The position numbers and the translations under genes are program-made. From a virus (lineage: Duplodnaviria > Caudoviricetes): a stretch of 55,699 nt of DNA. The notes beneath the pieces were generated by a model. It was not told where the DNA came from and made no database searches. It was given only the letters and a program-made list of their open reading frames with translations. Of this stretch, positions 27,725-37,462 are shown piece by piece. Numbering within the stretch: position 1 is the first letter of the stretch; every line of letters begins with the position of its first letter. The stretch spans positions 1 to 55,699 of the IMG/VR virus record IMGVR_UViG_3300037993_000081. One strand, given 5' to 3'.

Positions 27725-27764
27725 AAGAAAAAAGGGAGCGGCGGTTCCCCACCGCGCGCTCCCT
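27725..27764 (-). terminator. Intrinsic terminator after capsid/decoration genes
   Basis: GGGAGCG..GCGG/CCGC.CGCTCCC stem followed by a T-run on the minus strand. Confidence 0.8.
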
Positions 27765-27789
27765 ACGCCAAACGGACAGCCGGAAACTT

Positions 27790-28122
27790 TTAGAATTCGC
27801 CTCCCCAAGCGCTAAACTGGACAACGATTGCTGCAAGGGCGGTGCTGCTATTCGCTACTTCCGCCATGCTTGCAGCAGTGAACCATCTGAACGCCCACGT
27901 TGCTCGTGTCGATCCCACAACGCTCGGATAAGGAAACGCGATGTAGGTATGGGTCGTGTCCATGCAAGGCTCAACAGAGTCGATGTAGACTCCCACTGGA
28001 AACGAAATCGGATCGAAAGTGGATGTTGAATAGATCGCTGGTCCCGTCCCATAGAACGTCCACTTCTGTCGTTGACCGACCGAGAGACCGCCTTCATAAC
28101 CTTTGACAATTGATGCTTGCAC
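27790..28122 (-). CDS. Putative head decoration protein
   Basis: GTG start with GGAGG RBS; second small gene after MCP, before the terminator. Confidence 0.55.
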   Translation of the reverse strand: MQASIVKGYEGGLSVGQRQKWTFYGTGPAIYSTSTFDPISFPVGVYIDSVEPCMDTTHTYIAFPYPSVVGSTRATWAFRWFTAASMAEVANSSTALAAIVVQFSAWGGEF

Positions 28123-28132
28123 AGTCCCTCCC

Positions 28133-28759
28133 TTATCCTTGAACCAGCGGTATATCGAGCAACACGCGGTACGTCCCACCAGCCGCACCGTGATTTGCCG
28201 GACTTAGAGCAAACCCAATCGTTGTCGCGACAATCGACCCAGGCGATGCCAGATCGTCCGTAAAGCCGTTCGCAATCGAGTTGATGACATCCCCAACCAG
28301 TGGACTCGCGTTGGTCACGCCACCCGATTTTCCGATCACCGTTGCATCTCCAGCTTCTTGGACGAAGACATAAGCGCCTGCCGTAACCTGTGCGGCGGTG
28401 ATGGTTGCCAAGAACACAACAGGACGGACGGGGCTGATGCTGCTCTTAATGAAGAAGCTCGCATCGTAGCTCGTGATGACGTTCACGCCTTTTGCGAGAG
28501 AAGCCATCAAGCCGATAGACCCACGAACGATATACGCGGCAGTCGCGCCGGAGTCAATCTGGACGAAGCGGTAACGACCAGAGTGTAATTGCTGCCGACC
28601 GTAGGCTTGCGCTTCCGCTTCTGTCAGATCGAAGTAACCGCCGACGATGAGACCCCCTGCGTAATACGGGTAGCCCGTCCGGGTGTCAAGCAATCCCGAA
28701 GGAGAGTTGTAAACAGCAACCAAGTCCTGCGGTAGAAATTCATTCCATTGCAAAGGCAT
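28133..28759 (-). CDS. Putative capsid cement/decoration protein
   Basis: Directly after MCP; GRYRFVQ...YVFVQEAG beta-rich pattern. Confidence 0.6.
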   Translation of the reverse strand: MPLQWNEFLPQDLVAVYNSPSGLLDTRTGYPYYAGGLIVGGYFDLTEAEAQAYGRQQLHSGRYRFVQIDSGATAAYIVRGSIGLMASLAKGVNVITSYDASFFIKSSISPVRPVVFLATITAAQVTAGAYVFVQEAGDATVIGKSGGVTNASPLVGDVINSIANGFTDDLASPGSIVATTIGFALSPANHGAAGGTYRVLLDIPLVQG

Positions 28760-28769
28760 CTTAGCTCTC

Positions 28770-30035
28770 CTACGCGGTGAAGCCCGACACGATCAATCCG
28801 TGTCTGGGGTTGAAAACGTAAAGGTTCGTCGCAAGCCGCTGGAACATATTCGCAGCGCTAACGTTATCGGGAATTTCCTTGACCTTGGTCGCGAAGAACC
28901 AGCTCTTTTCTGCGGTCGGACGTAACTTGATCGCTTCTGGATCGAACAGAACCAAAATTTCCGATGCCTGAATCGTGGTCGCAGATGGGAAATTCGATCC
29001 AGTCGGAGAAGCCGCAGCAGCCGCAATTGCGACACCGCTCGACAAGTACGTTGGACTGGTATAGGAACTCAATTGGGTTGTACTTCCGCTGCCATCCACG
29101 AAGTTTGTGTTTGGAGACGCCGTGCCATAAGCCGCTGTGTTTCCACCCGGCAAATAATTCCAAGTCTTACCAGAAGGGCAGAGCGGATCGGCGTAAATCT
29201 TGACGCCGAAGAAATCGACCGAAGGCCAGCCGAAGTCTGTTCCTTCCTTGACACTCTGCTGATCGACTCTCGCAATCGCTCGAAGCATATTCACCAGAGC
29301 CGCCCATCCAAAGGGACTTGTGATGCCCACCTTGGCTTTGGCATTGAGCGTGAGCAATTGGGCGATCACGTTGGTCAGCACGGGATAGGTAATCGGCCCC
29401 GGATAGCCATTCGACTGACCGCAGTAGTACGGTGTCGAGTTGTACGCCTGCCCCACTGCTCCGTTGCGCGTCACACCACCAGTCAAAGTAAACACGTTGC
29501 CATCCGGCGAAGGATCAATGCCGTTTGAGAAGCCCTCAAAGAATCCGTTTGAGGACTTCGAGCGATCATCGGAAACAGCAGAGGTTCCACCGTTAGCCGA
29601 AGACGGCTGGCCGTGGCGATACCCGTCCATTTCCAGCATCGTGTTCATCTGCGAGACAAGGTTCGCCTCAAGCAGCGCCCGTTGGTCGATGGCTTGCGTG
29701 TCACCGGCCCGGTTGAGCACATCCAACTCGAAGTCTTCGATCTGCGTATAGACCGCATACGCCTTCTCGTAGAACTTCGCGGCACTCGCAATCTGGTTGC
29801 GAGTCACTGTGATCGTCTGCCCCGGCGTTACCGCTGCGCCTTGCAAGCGAGCATAGTTGAACGCTTCCACCATCCCGGAGCCGCCTAGGAAGTCCTCGAC
29901 AATCCCGTAGCGCCGGAGGATGTCCTGTAAAGGAGTGTCCACAAAAAAGCACTCACTTATGACATTTTTTCTGATGCTTTCGCGGGTGGACACCTCAATC
30001 TCATTATATTGTGGGTCGTATAACGGGGCTCCCAT
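28770..30035 (-). CDS. Major capsid protein
   Basis: 421 aa after the scaffold; GWPSVDFFGVKIYADPLCP and C-terminal NLYVFNPRHGLIVSG are HK97-fold-like. Confidence 0.85.
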   Translation of the reverse strand: MGAPLYDPQYNEIEVSTRESIRKNVISECFFVDTPLQDILRRYGIVEDFLGGSGMVEAFNYARLQGAAVTPGQTITVTRNQIASAAKFYEKAYAVYTQIEDFELDVLNRAGDTQAIDQRALLEANLVSQMNTMLEMDGYRHGQPSSANGGTSAVSDDRSKSSNGFFEGFSNGIDPSPDGNVFTLTGGVTRNGAVGQAYNSTPYYCGQSNGYPGPITYPVLTNVIAQLLTLNAKAKVGITSPFGWAALVNMLRAIARVDQQSVKEGTDFGWPSVDFFGVKIYADPLCPSGKTWNYLPGGNTAAYGTASPNTNFVDGSGSTTQLSSYTSPTYLSSGVAIAAAAASPTGSNFPSATTIQASEILVLFDPEAIKLRPTAEKSWFFATKVKEIPDNVSAANMFQRLATNLYVFNPRHGLIVSGFTA

Positions 30036-30074
30036 GTTAGCTCACCTTTCCTTGTGAAATCGGGATCACGACAA

Positions 30075-30902
30075 CTATGCCGCTCCCCTGATCTGTTCAA
30101 CATCCTTGTGGAGATTTTCGAGCAATCTCCGTTGCCGTTCACGGACAGGAACGTTCCCATCCGACTTGTGAAAATCTTCACCCTTGATCTTCGGAACAAA
30201 GCTCGAACGCGAGGACTCGCCCGCACGAAGGTTTGGATTACTGCCACGCTTTTCAGCATCAATGCGGAGCTGTTCATCAACCTTGACCTTCACCGCGTCA
30301 TCGACTTTCTTTTGGAAAACTTCTGCTTCTTTCGCGGTCTGGCGCTCGCGGAACTTGTACTTCTCCGCGATGTACTCTCCAACCGACTTCCGGGCGCGAG
30401 ATGCTTCTTCCGCAATATTGGTCGAAGGATCAGGAATAGGAACGCCGTAGAGCCTGATGTGCTCATTGTTGGCGTCAAGCCACTGGCTCATCACGTTTCC
30501 AACTCTGCCCATAATCTTGTCTGCGTCCACCGCGTTGCCTCCGATTGCCGGACTGCCGGGAACTACCGGCTTTGCGCCTTCTGCCGTTGGCAGATTGACA
30601 TCGAACCCCTGAGTCTTGAGCGACTTCAGATACTCGACTGTCGCGTCGTACTTCGCTTGGAGCGATCCTTGCTCGGTCAAAGTCTTCTGGTACTTATCGA
30701 CGTAGGCGTTGATTTCTTTCCGCTCAAGTTCGGTCTGCCGTCTGGCTTCTTCCGCCTTCGTCGCTTCTTGCGCAGCAGTGGACAGTTTCGTGTCGGCTTC
30801 GGCAACGAATCCGGTGAGCGCGGCAACAACTTCCTTGGGGAGTCCGGCAGCCACTTCATCTGCGATGCCGGATTGTTTCAGAATTTCGGCCACGGTTGGC
30901 AT
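30075..30902 (-). CDS. Capsid scaffolding protein
   Basis: Charged coiled-coil protein immediately upstream of MCP. Confidence 0.7.
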   Translation of the reverse strand: MPTVAEILKQSGIADEVAAGLPKEVVAALTGFVAEADTKLSTAAQEATKAEEARRQTELERKEINAYVDKYQKTLTEQGSLQAKYDATVEYLKSLKTQGFDVNLPTAEGAKPVVPGSPAIGGNAVDADKIMGRVGNVMSQWLDANNEHIRLYGVPIPDPSTNIAEEASRARKSVGEYIAEKYKFRERQTAKEAEVFQKKVDDAVKVKVDEQLRIDAEKRGSNPNLRAGESSRSSFVPKIKGEDFHKSDGNVPVRERQRRLLENLHKDVEQIRGAA

Positions 30903-30905
30903 AAT

Positions 30906-31175
30906 CTATTGTCCTTGTGGGCCAGTTTGCGGCTCTTGCTGTGGCCGCGCTGCCATCATCGTCTTCTGGAGAGCCTTTACAAACGCCGTGCGAGCCTCCA
31001 TGAGTTCCCCCTGCACGATTGGGTTTTGCTGAGAAAGTTGCTCACACGCTTGTGCGAGTTTTGCAAGCGTCTGTTGCAGAGGATTCGCCTGTTGTTGCGC
31101 GGGAGAGACTCCCCCTGGAGAAGGAGTCCCACCCTGCGGCTGCGAATCTGGTTGCGGTGTTGGCTGAGCGGCCAT
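30906..31175 (-). CDS. Gln/Pro-rich small helical protein, paralogue of 38643..38870
   Basis: TAATG overlap sets the start at 31175; shared helical core. Confidence 0.65.
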   Translation of the reverse strand: MAAQPTPQPDSQPQGGTPSPGGVSPAQQQANPLQQTLAKLAQACEQLSQQNPIVQGELMEARTAFVKALQKTMMAARPQQEPQTGPQGQ

Positions 31176-31303
31176 TAGGTTTTCCCTGACTTCCATGACC
31201 CCTTGTTGTGCCGTTTGTTGCTCGTTCGGCCCTTCAAGCGACCCTTCTGCCAGCCAACCGCTCTGGTTTTGATCTTCAGCCTGCTACCTTTGCGCTTGGC
31301 CAT
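31175..31303 (-). CDS. 42-aa highly basic peptide (not in ORF track)
   Basis: MAKRKGSRLKIKTRAVGWQKGRLKGRTSNKRHNKGSWKSGKT; AGGAG RBS; TAATG coupling to the next gene. Confidence 0.7.
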   Translation of the reverse strand: MAKRKGSRLKIKTRAVGWQKGRLKGRTSNKRHNKGSWKSGKT

Positions 31304-31312
31304 GATCGGCTC

Positions 31313-31423
31313 CTACCGCTTGCTGCGGCGTTTCTTGCCACCTTTCTTGTGGCCTTTCTTGTGGCCTTTCTTGGCCATGTGTGCGCCGCCCTTGATTACC
31401 AGCCCCTTGTGTCTCTTTGCCAT
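31313..31423 (-). CDS. 36-aa protamine/histone-tail-like peptide (not in ORF track)
   Basis: MAKRHKGLVIKGGAHMAKKGHKKGHKKGGKKRRSKR; strong AAGGAGGT RBS. Confidence 0.75.
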   Translation of the reverse strand: MAKRHKGLVIKGGAHMAKKGHKKGHKKGGKKRRSKR

Positions 31424-31449
31424 TTGAAACCTCCTTTGAATTTTGCTCC

Positions 31450-31487
31450 AAAAGAAAACGCCTCGCGACGTTTTCCGTCCGAGGCGT
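31450..31487 (-). terminator. Intrinsic terminator upstream of the head-gene block
   Basis: ACGCCTCG/CGAGGCGT stem followed by TTTCTTTT on the minus strand. Confidence 0.7.
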
Positions 31488-31535
31488 CATTATTTTCTCA
31501 AAAGAGGATAATGGCGAATCTCTTTACCAATTCGA

Positions 31536-31565
31536 CAATTACTCCAAACTCAATACCCGTGTCAA
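31536..31565 (-). promoter_or_regulatory. Possible sigma70-type promoter
   Basis: Perfect TTGACA (31565-31560); only a weak -10 (GTAATT region). Confidence 0.4.
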
Positions 31566-31813
31566 GGGGTTTTTTCTGACTCGACACGTTTCTTCAGAAT
31601 TTCGTCCAACTCGCCCATGCTGATCGGGATGTGTTCCTTGGTCTTAATCGTTCGCAAACCACCTTGATTGTAAGCCGCTTCGGAACTGAAATCGGAGATG
31701 CCAGTGAAGCGAATGTTTCGCAGATAGTGCGATAACTCTTGCGAGTTTTGCGGCTCCAACGTTTGTTCGATGACGGCAAAAACTTTTATCTGTTTCACTT
31801 TGGGCGCTTCCAT
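31562..31813 (-). CDS. Hypothetical protein
   Basis: GAGGT RBS; follows the portal. Confidence 0.6.
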   Translation of the reverse strand: MEAPKVKQIKVFAVIEQTLEPQNSQELSHYLRNIRFTGISDFSSEAAYNQGGLRTIKTKEHIPISMGELDEILKKRVESEKTP

Positions 31814-31819
31814 CTTACC

Positions 31820-33874
31820 TCACTGACTCTGACTGACTACTGTCCTTGGGTTCCCCGTACTCTGCCCGCGCTTCTCCAGCTTTGGTGGCTTCTTCCCAGT
31901 CGGCGGTCGGCCTCCGCCCTTACCTTGACCCTTGCCTTTCTCCTCACCACCCAAGCCTTCGACTTGTGCGATCTGCGCGGCCTTCGCCTTCATCTCCAAG
32001 AGTTCAAACTGTTCGTGCTTGTACTTCTCAAACTCGGTCGCTCCAGGCGTGTCGCCCCAATTCTCGACGCCAAGTTTTTTCATCGCCGTCGAAAACGACA
32101 CCGGCATCCCGCGTTGCAGGAAGTTCAGCCACTTCATTTGCTCCTGCATTTGCGTCACGTTCAATAAGAAACTGGGAACAGAGATCACTTCAAGATTCTG
32201 CGCGAACCACTTCGCACGCTCCAGCCGCGATTTCTCGCTCGTCTTCTCTTTATCCTTTTCCCAAGGCAGATGCGACGGCACGATTGAGTTTGGCTCAAAA
32301 TCGAAAACCATCGTAGATATGCCATCGGGACCAATGTAGGACATCAGCTTTCTTGTGCTGAAATACTGCAAGATGTCGAATTTCAACATGTGCGCGATCT
32401 TGGAGTGCGCCACTTCGAGGTTGCCAGCAATGCCCTTGGCAATCGGCCCGATGGTCTCTAGTAACTTGTCCGCTGTCTCACTCGACAAATTAAATTTCAA
32501 CTGCGCGAGGCTCCCAAGATCGTTCAGCCCAAGTGTCTTCTGGCGCAGTTTGTCGAGAAGCTCGTACATACTGAAATCTTCTTTGTTAACATTCACACTG
32601 TCTGGTAGAAGCGATTGCAAGGCTTTTCGTGGATCGCCATCGACGCCAATCGTGTCGCCGTTTTCCCCCAGCCAGTCAAGACGCTTCAGGTCTTCACGCG
32701 GCACGCCAGCGTTGAGGTCGTAGCCTTTCAGCGGATTCATTTTGGCGCGAAGCACGCGATACATCAGATCGAGGAATGCCCTGCTGCCTTTTTCCAGACT
32801 CGCTACATCGTCCAAAAGAGAGAAGCCAATCGCCATCCAAGGCCAGTCATCCACGTCGTACTGCACAGGCGGCATCTGACCATGCAGATCGAATGCTGGC
32901 CCATCGTATAGGGGCCTATCCATGCCAGGATTCGTGATGATCTGGCGGAGATTCGGATAGATGCGGCAATCTTCTACTTTGGCTTGCCGTGAGGCAGGCA
33001 GACCATTCTCAGGGTCAGTCCATGAGATCAATCCGCCAACCGAAGGAACTTCATAAGACCAACTCGTTAACGGAACTTGCACGCCACCGCGCTCCCCCCA
33101 GTCGCCCATTGGCAGCATCTTGCCAGTGCGATTGATGCGAAGATCGCGCACAAAGGTATGCCGGATTTCGCAGTACCGTTGTTCCCAGTTTTGTTTTTCG
33201 TTGCCGTAGCGAAGATCCCAGTATTCGTGCCTGCGAACCTGATTCGGAGATGTGTACTTGAATCTCGAAATTGGGATGAGTTTTTCTTGATCGTTTGGAA
33301 ACCGGGCATGAGCTTCGGCCACACCCATGCACTCAACCACCGTAACCGCGTATGACCCCTGAATGTCGTTTGACCGGGGAACCTGACTAGGCAACACTTC
33401 CCTTGGTCCCAGTGCGTCGAACTGGATGTCGCCAGTACCCCATCCAAACTCGCTCCGAATATATCGCGGCCAGAGATACCCACGCTTGAGAGCAACTGAA
33501 TACTGAAGAGCTTGCCGCGACTGGCGAGGGAAGTGGGACTTCTGGTACACCACCTTCACGACTTTGTTAAACATCTCGACAATGGACTTGAACTGCTCGG
33601 CTCCACTGCCATAGGTGGCAATCTCCCGAATATCGGAGATGGTTTCCACAAATTTGCGAATGTCTGATTTTAGACTGTTGGATTTGAGCTTTTCCGTACC
33701 TCTCGCGCTCAAGAGGCTCAGGTTTGCTTCGCTGGAATTTACATCTTGGCTTTCCAGCCAACTCTCGCCCTCTTGAACTTGCTCAACTACCCAGTCTTGG
33801 CGACGATTAGCATCAGCCTCGAAGGGTGGAACTTGCCAGTCGGTGAGCTTTGATGGATCGTGAAAATCGTCCAT
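31820..33874 (-). CDS. Portal protein
   Basis: 684 aa upstream of scaffold/MCP; size and helical/beta pattern; C-terminal GGRPP tail. Confidence 0.8.
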   Translation of the reverse strand: MDDFHDPSKLTDWQVPPFEADANRRQDWVVEQVQEGESWLESQDVNSSEANLSLLSARGTEKLKSNSLKSDIRKFVETISDIREIATYGSGAEQFKSIVEMFNKVVKVVYQKSHFPRQSRQALQYSVALKRGYLWPRYIRSEFGWGTGDIQFDALGPREVLPSQVPRSNDIQGSYAVTVVECMGVAEAHARFPNDQEKLIPISRFKYTSPNQVRRHEYWDLRYGNEKQNWEQRYCEIRHTFVRDLRINRTGKMLPMGDWGERGGVQVPLTSWSYEVPSVGGLISWTDPENGLPASRQAKVEDCRIYPNLRQIITNPGMDRPLYDGPAFDLHGQMPPVQYDVDDWPWMAIGFSLLDDVASLEKGSRAFLDLMYRVLRAKMNPLKGYDLNAGVPREDLKRLDWLGENGDTIGVDGDPRKALQSLLPDSVNVNKEDFSMYELLDKLRQKTLGLNDLGSLAQLKFNLSSETADKLLETIGPIAKGIAGNLEVAHSKIAHMLKFDILQYFSTRKLMSYIGPDGISTMVFDFEPNSIVPSHLPWEKDKEKTSEKSRLERAKWFAQNLEVISVPSFLLNVTQMQEQMKWLNFLQRGMPVSFSTAMKKLGVENWGDTPGATEFEKYKHEQFELLEMKAKAAQIAQVEGLGGEEKGKGQGKGGGRPPTGKKPPKLEKRGQSTGNPRTVVSQSQ

Positions 33875-33904
33875 GTTCTACCGAATCGAATCGTAGCATG
33901 GATT

Positions 33905-34597
33905 TTATTTAAATCCAACAGCTTGATGATGCGCCACCGATCCTACCTTGAATCCCCACTTCGTTTCGAAGAACGCTCGGTCGAGATCAGCTTGATGCTC
34001 AATCTCCGCTCTTTCCTCTACTGGAGCGTTCTTGAGTGTCGAACTGCCAAGGTGAAAGTAGGGTACGTTCGCCTTCATCATGGGGATTCCAAGCTTCGCT
34101 CCGCGAACATGATAGTCCACATCTGAGGCGTAGAATTTCATGCCTTCATCAAATCGTCCGATCTTCTCCCATGCCTCGCGCCGGATTAAGAATGCCGAAA
34201 AGTCTGGACACGGTTGCAGCGGCATTCTCTTCGCTGGTTCCTTGATCGCGTCCATCTTATCCACGGCAACTCCAGTCACAAAGGGAGCTTCGTAAGAAAG
34301 CAGTTCGCGATAAAACCAGTGCGGCAGGATCACGTCGTTACCGATAACAAGACAATGCTCTGCTTCTGCCAAGAGAAGCGTGAGTCCGAGGTTCCATCCT
34401 GTGCTGACTCCATGATTGTCGGTAAACTGACAAATCAACACCTTGCACTTCTCTAACCACTCCACGGTTCCATCGGTTGAGCCGTTGTCGATGACGTGGG
34501 CTTTGGCTTCGACTCCCTGTTGATAGACGGATTCGATGGCAAGCGCTGTCAAGTTGAGGTTGTTGTGCGTAAGCGTTAACACTGGATGCTTTGTCAT
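33905..34597 (-). CDS. GT2-family glycosyltransferase
   Basis: VIDNGSTDGT, NHGVSTGWNLG, GND, IGRFDE..YASDVDY. Confidence 0.9.
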   Translation of the reverse strand: MTKHPVLTLTHNNLNLTALAIESVYQQGVEAKAHVIDNGSTDGTVEWLEKCKVLICQFTDNHGVSTGWNLGLTLLLAEAEHCLVIGNDVILPHWFYRELLSYEAPFVTGVAVDKMDAIKEPAKRMPLQPCPDFSAFLIRREAWEKIGRFDEGMKFYASDVDYHVRGAKLGIPMMKANVPYFHLGSSTLKNAPVEERAEIEHQADLDRAFFETKWGFKVGSVAHHQAVGFK

Positions 34598-35268
34598 GGT
34601 GCCTCATAGGGTAGAACGTCTTTGTAGTGGTAATAAAGCCAACGATGCGCGGCTTCGATATCTTCTCGGACAATGGAAGGACTCTTGCCACCAAGATGTT
34701 CGCAATCCACTCCAACGAGACGGTTGCGGAATCCCTGGCGGCGAACTTCCATAGAAATCCAGTAGTCATAGCACCAGTAGTTGATCGGGGTTCCATCCGG
34801 CCAACCCCCAGCCGTTTCTAGAATGTCGCGACGAACGAAGATCGCTAATCCGTCGAACACAGCAACGTCACGCTCCCCCGAGAAACGTGAACCGTGAAGC
34901 TCAGCCGTTCTCATGTTCGACATAAAATTCTGGCGAGCAAATTGTTTCATCTCGTAAGGTTTGTTGTACATTTGGGGATCGCCGTGTCCGGTCGCTCCAG
35001 CAAATCCAACCATACCGATATTTGGATCATTGAACTCTTGGAGCACGCGCTGATCCCAGTTTTTCTCAAAAATCATTACGTCGTCATGCGCGTAGGCGAT
35101 AATTTCCTCACGAGTGTTCTGGAGTACTTGGTTGTAGGCTTCCATCAGGGGCTTCTCAAACACCATGTACGCCGGGTAGGACCGCGAGGCCGTTGCGTAC
35201 CAGCTTCGCACGCACTTGCCCCAGTCTTCCCAATGCCGAGTAGCTAGTGAATGAACCATGCTTTTCAT
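34594..35268 (-). CDS. GT-A fold glycosyltransferase
   Basis: AYN..IIAYAHDDV, GMVGFAGA, VAVFDGLAIF, CYDYWIS. Confidence 0.85.
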   Translation of the reverse strand: MKSMVHSLATRHWEDWGKCVRSWYATASRSYPAYMVFEKPLMEAYNQVLQNTREEIIAYAHDDVMIFEKNWDQRVLQEFNDPNIGMVGFAGATGHGDPQMYNKPYEMKQFARQNFMSNMRTAELHGSRFSGERDVAVFDGLAIFVRRDILETAGGWPDGTPINYWCYDYWISMEVRRQGFRNRLVGVDCEHLGGKSPSIVREDIEAAHRWLYYHYKDVLPYEAP

Positions 35269-35876
35269 GCCCGTCTCCTAAACATAATGTCGTTGTGATC
35301 TTGAATCGGAGTCTCCTGTTGAAATCCTTGTGATGCGAGATAGTCGATGACCTCTTGCGCGGAGAATCCGCCCTCATAGAGAGACACACGAGAACATTCG
35401 ATATTCAAAAAGTCAAATGCTTTCAGTTTGTGTCCAAACCCGCGAATCACCTGCATCTCCATGCCCTGTGTGTCCACAACTAGGGTGTCGTAACCGGATA
35501 GGTCAATACCAAGAGAATCGAAGCGAACAATAGGGCAAGATTGTTTCCCGATGAATGTGTACGGGCCAGAGTATTCCCGTAAGAATGAACTGCCCATTCC
35601 GTCGCCTTGGGTCACGTTCAACCAAGATTCGCTAGGAGTATCGCCCAAGGCGCACTGCATCAACGTCACGCGATCATCCTCGCCATATTTGTGCAGGAGT
35701 TCTCCAAATGCGCTATCGAGCGGTTCAAACGCAAGAACTTTCTCCACTCCCATCGCCAGATAGAACTGGATCTCGTAACCGTCGTTCGCGCCAACGTGAA
35801 CTACGCCGCGAATCTTCAAGCTCTGCTTGGTGAAGTGCTTGATTTCGACTTTCTCTGCCGCCTCTTCCGGCGTCAT
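35265..35876 (-). CDS. FkbM-family SAM methyltransferase
   Basis: VHVGANDG, AFEP, ALGD, VDTQGMEMQVIRG. Confidence 0.9.
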   Translation of the reverse strand: MTPEEAAEKVEIKHFTKQSLKIRGVVHVGANDGYEIQFYLAMGVEKVLAFEPLDSAFGELLHKYGEDDRVTLMQCALGDTPSESWLNVTQGDGMGSSFLREYSGPYTFIGKQSCPIVRFDSLGIDLSGYDTLVVDTQGMEMQVIRGFGHKLKAFDFLNIECSRVSLYEGGFSAQEVIDYLASQGFQQETPIQDHNDIMFRRRA

Positions 35877-36448
35877 GCCGCATCCGTTCTGGCCAATATC
35901 CCTAACCCTTCGGAGTCGTAGTAGTTGTAGAATTTCCGTCCGAAGATTTGAGAGAGATCGCCAACTGCCCGTCTCACTTCGGTAAAACTGATCGTGTCAT
36001 GAAAGATCACGCATTCGGCCCGCGTGAGCGCAATCGCTCCGCAAGCAAACGTGTCTTCGTAGGTGTGCAGAATATCAATGTGAATCAGTTCGGGTTGAAA
36101 GTAGTGGTAGGTAAAAAACCTCTGGTAGCTTTCTTTTCGCAATTCGATGTTCGGCCAAGGTTCCAACGTTTTAGCGGTCGTCTCCAACATGGGAGCCGTT
36201 GTACCGGCAAGCAGATCGCCCTCGAAAATATCGACGCCGATTACTCTGCGAAAGTGATTTGCGAGCGCGGCAGTTGAGTACCCGTGCCACACGCCAAACT
36301 CCAAGGCAAGGTAACTCTTGCCTCCGCAGAAACGTCGAATGATGTCGGGGATGATCCTCTCCAGACCATTCCAAGACGTAGGAACGTTTGGCAAGCGATC
36401 ATGTTCCACAACCAACTTTGGAACATAGGGGAAAATTTCTACTGACAT
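35873..36448 (-). CDS. Class I SAM methyltransferase (Methyltransf_24-like)
   Basis: LEFGVWHGYST, GVDIF, IHIDILHTYE, IFHD. Confidence 0.85.
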   Translation of the reverse strand: MSVEIFPYVPKLVVEHDRLPNVPTSWNGLERIIPDIIRRFCGGKSYLALEFGVWHGYSTAALANHFRRVIGVDIFEGDLLAGTTAPMLETTAKTLEPWPNIELRKESYQRFFTYHYFQPELIHIDILHTYEDTFACGAIALTRAECVIFHDTISFTEVRRAVGDLSQIFGRKFYNYYDSEGLGILARTDAA

Positions 36449-36460
36449 ACAAGACTCCTT

Positions 36461-37462
36461 TCACGCATGAACCCAACTCGGCGGTAGATTTTTCGTAATT
36501 TCAATGTCCTTAAACTCTTTGCTCTGCCGCGCTCCGTGTTCCTTCACCCACTCAGCCATGCGTAAAAGCGCAGCCATGTGCGAAAGGGATTTTATTTCCC
36601 CGAATACTCTTTCTAGTTTTGAATGATCGCAAAATGCTTTGGCGACTTCTTGACGCACATCGAAACGTGCGACTCGCCACGGGTACTTCATCACGGTCGC
36701 TACGTCTTCGGAGAGTTGGTTGACAGTTATCGGATAATCCGATCCGATATTGAAGGTTCGATTCAGCGCCTTCGGATTATCCACGCACTCCGAAATGATG
36801 GGAGCGACGCCACCAACGTAACTGAAAGCCCTCATTTGATTCCCGTTGCCGAAGATCGTCATCGGCTCGCCCTTGAGACACTGATTCATAAAGATACCCA
36901 CAACGTTGCGGTACTTGTCTCCAATGTTCTGCCGCTCTCCGAATACGTTGTGCGGTCGGAAGATCACGTAGGGTAATCTGAACATCTTGTGACTGATCTC
37001 AAGTTCACGCTCGACCGCGTACTTGGCAATACCGTAAGAGTCTTCTGGCATGGGAATCATTTCTTCTCTGAATGGAACCTGCTGCGATCCGTACACGGCC
37101 ATGCTCGACGTGAACACGAAACACTTAACTTCGTAGTTGACGGCGCAGTTGATGAGGTTCACCGACCCAAGGAGATTATTCCCGTAGTTGAAACGCTTGA
37201 TGAAATGTGAAAGACCCTCGGCTGCATAGCAAGCAAAGTGATACACGTAATCAGGTCTGACCTGCTTGAAAAGTTCCTCGACAAGAACGGGTTCTGTGAT
37301 GTCCCAAGGAAAGAACTCTGCTTCTTTCGGTATGTTCTCTTCAAATCCTCCGCTAAGATCATCGACCACCACAACGCGATGTCCCATTGTCAACAGATGA
37401 TCCGCGACGTGCGATCCGATGAACCCTGCTCCCCCGGTTACGAGTGAGACTGGTTTAAACAT
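36461..37462 (-). CDS. NAD-dependent nucleotide-sugar epimerase/dehydratase
   Basis: TGGAGFIGSH, TSSMAVYG, YGIAK (YxxxK), RPHNVFG. Confidence 0.92.
   Translation of the reverse strand: MFKPVSLVTGGAGFIGSHVADHLLTMGHRVVVVDDLSGGFEENIPKEAEFFPWDITEPVLVEELFKQVRPDYVYHFACYAAEGLSHFIKRFNYGNNLLGSVNLINCAVNYEVKCFVFTSSMAVYGSQQVPFREEMIPMPEDSYGIAKYAVERELEISHKMFRLPYVIFRPHNVFGERQNIGDKYRNVVGIFMNQCLKGEPMTIFGNGNQMRAFSYVGGVAPIISECVDNPKALNRTFNIGSDYPITVNQLSEDVATVMKYPWRVARFDVRQEVAKAFCDHSKLERVFGEIKSLSHMAALLRMAEWVKEHGARQSKEFKDIEITKNLPPSWVHA

Noticed and set aside
30054-31178. 374-aa plus-strand ORF and many similar plus-strand ORFs (e.g. 2071..2841, 24084..24698)
   Set aside because: Antisense shadows of well-supported minus-strand genes, with no motifs or RBS
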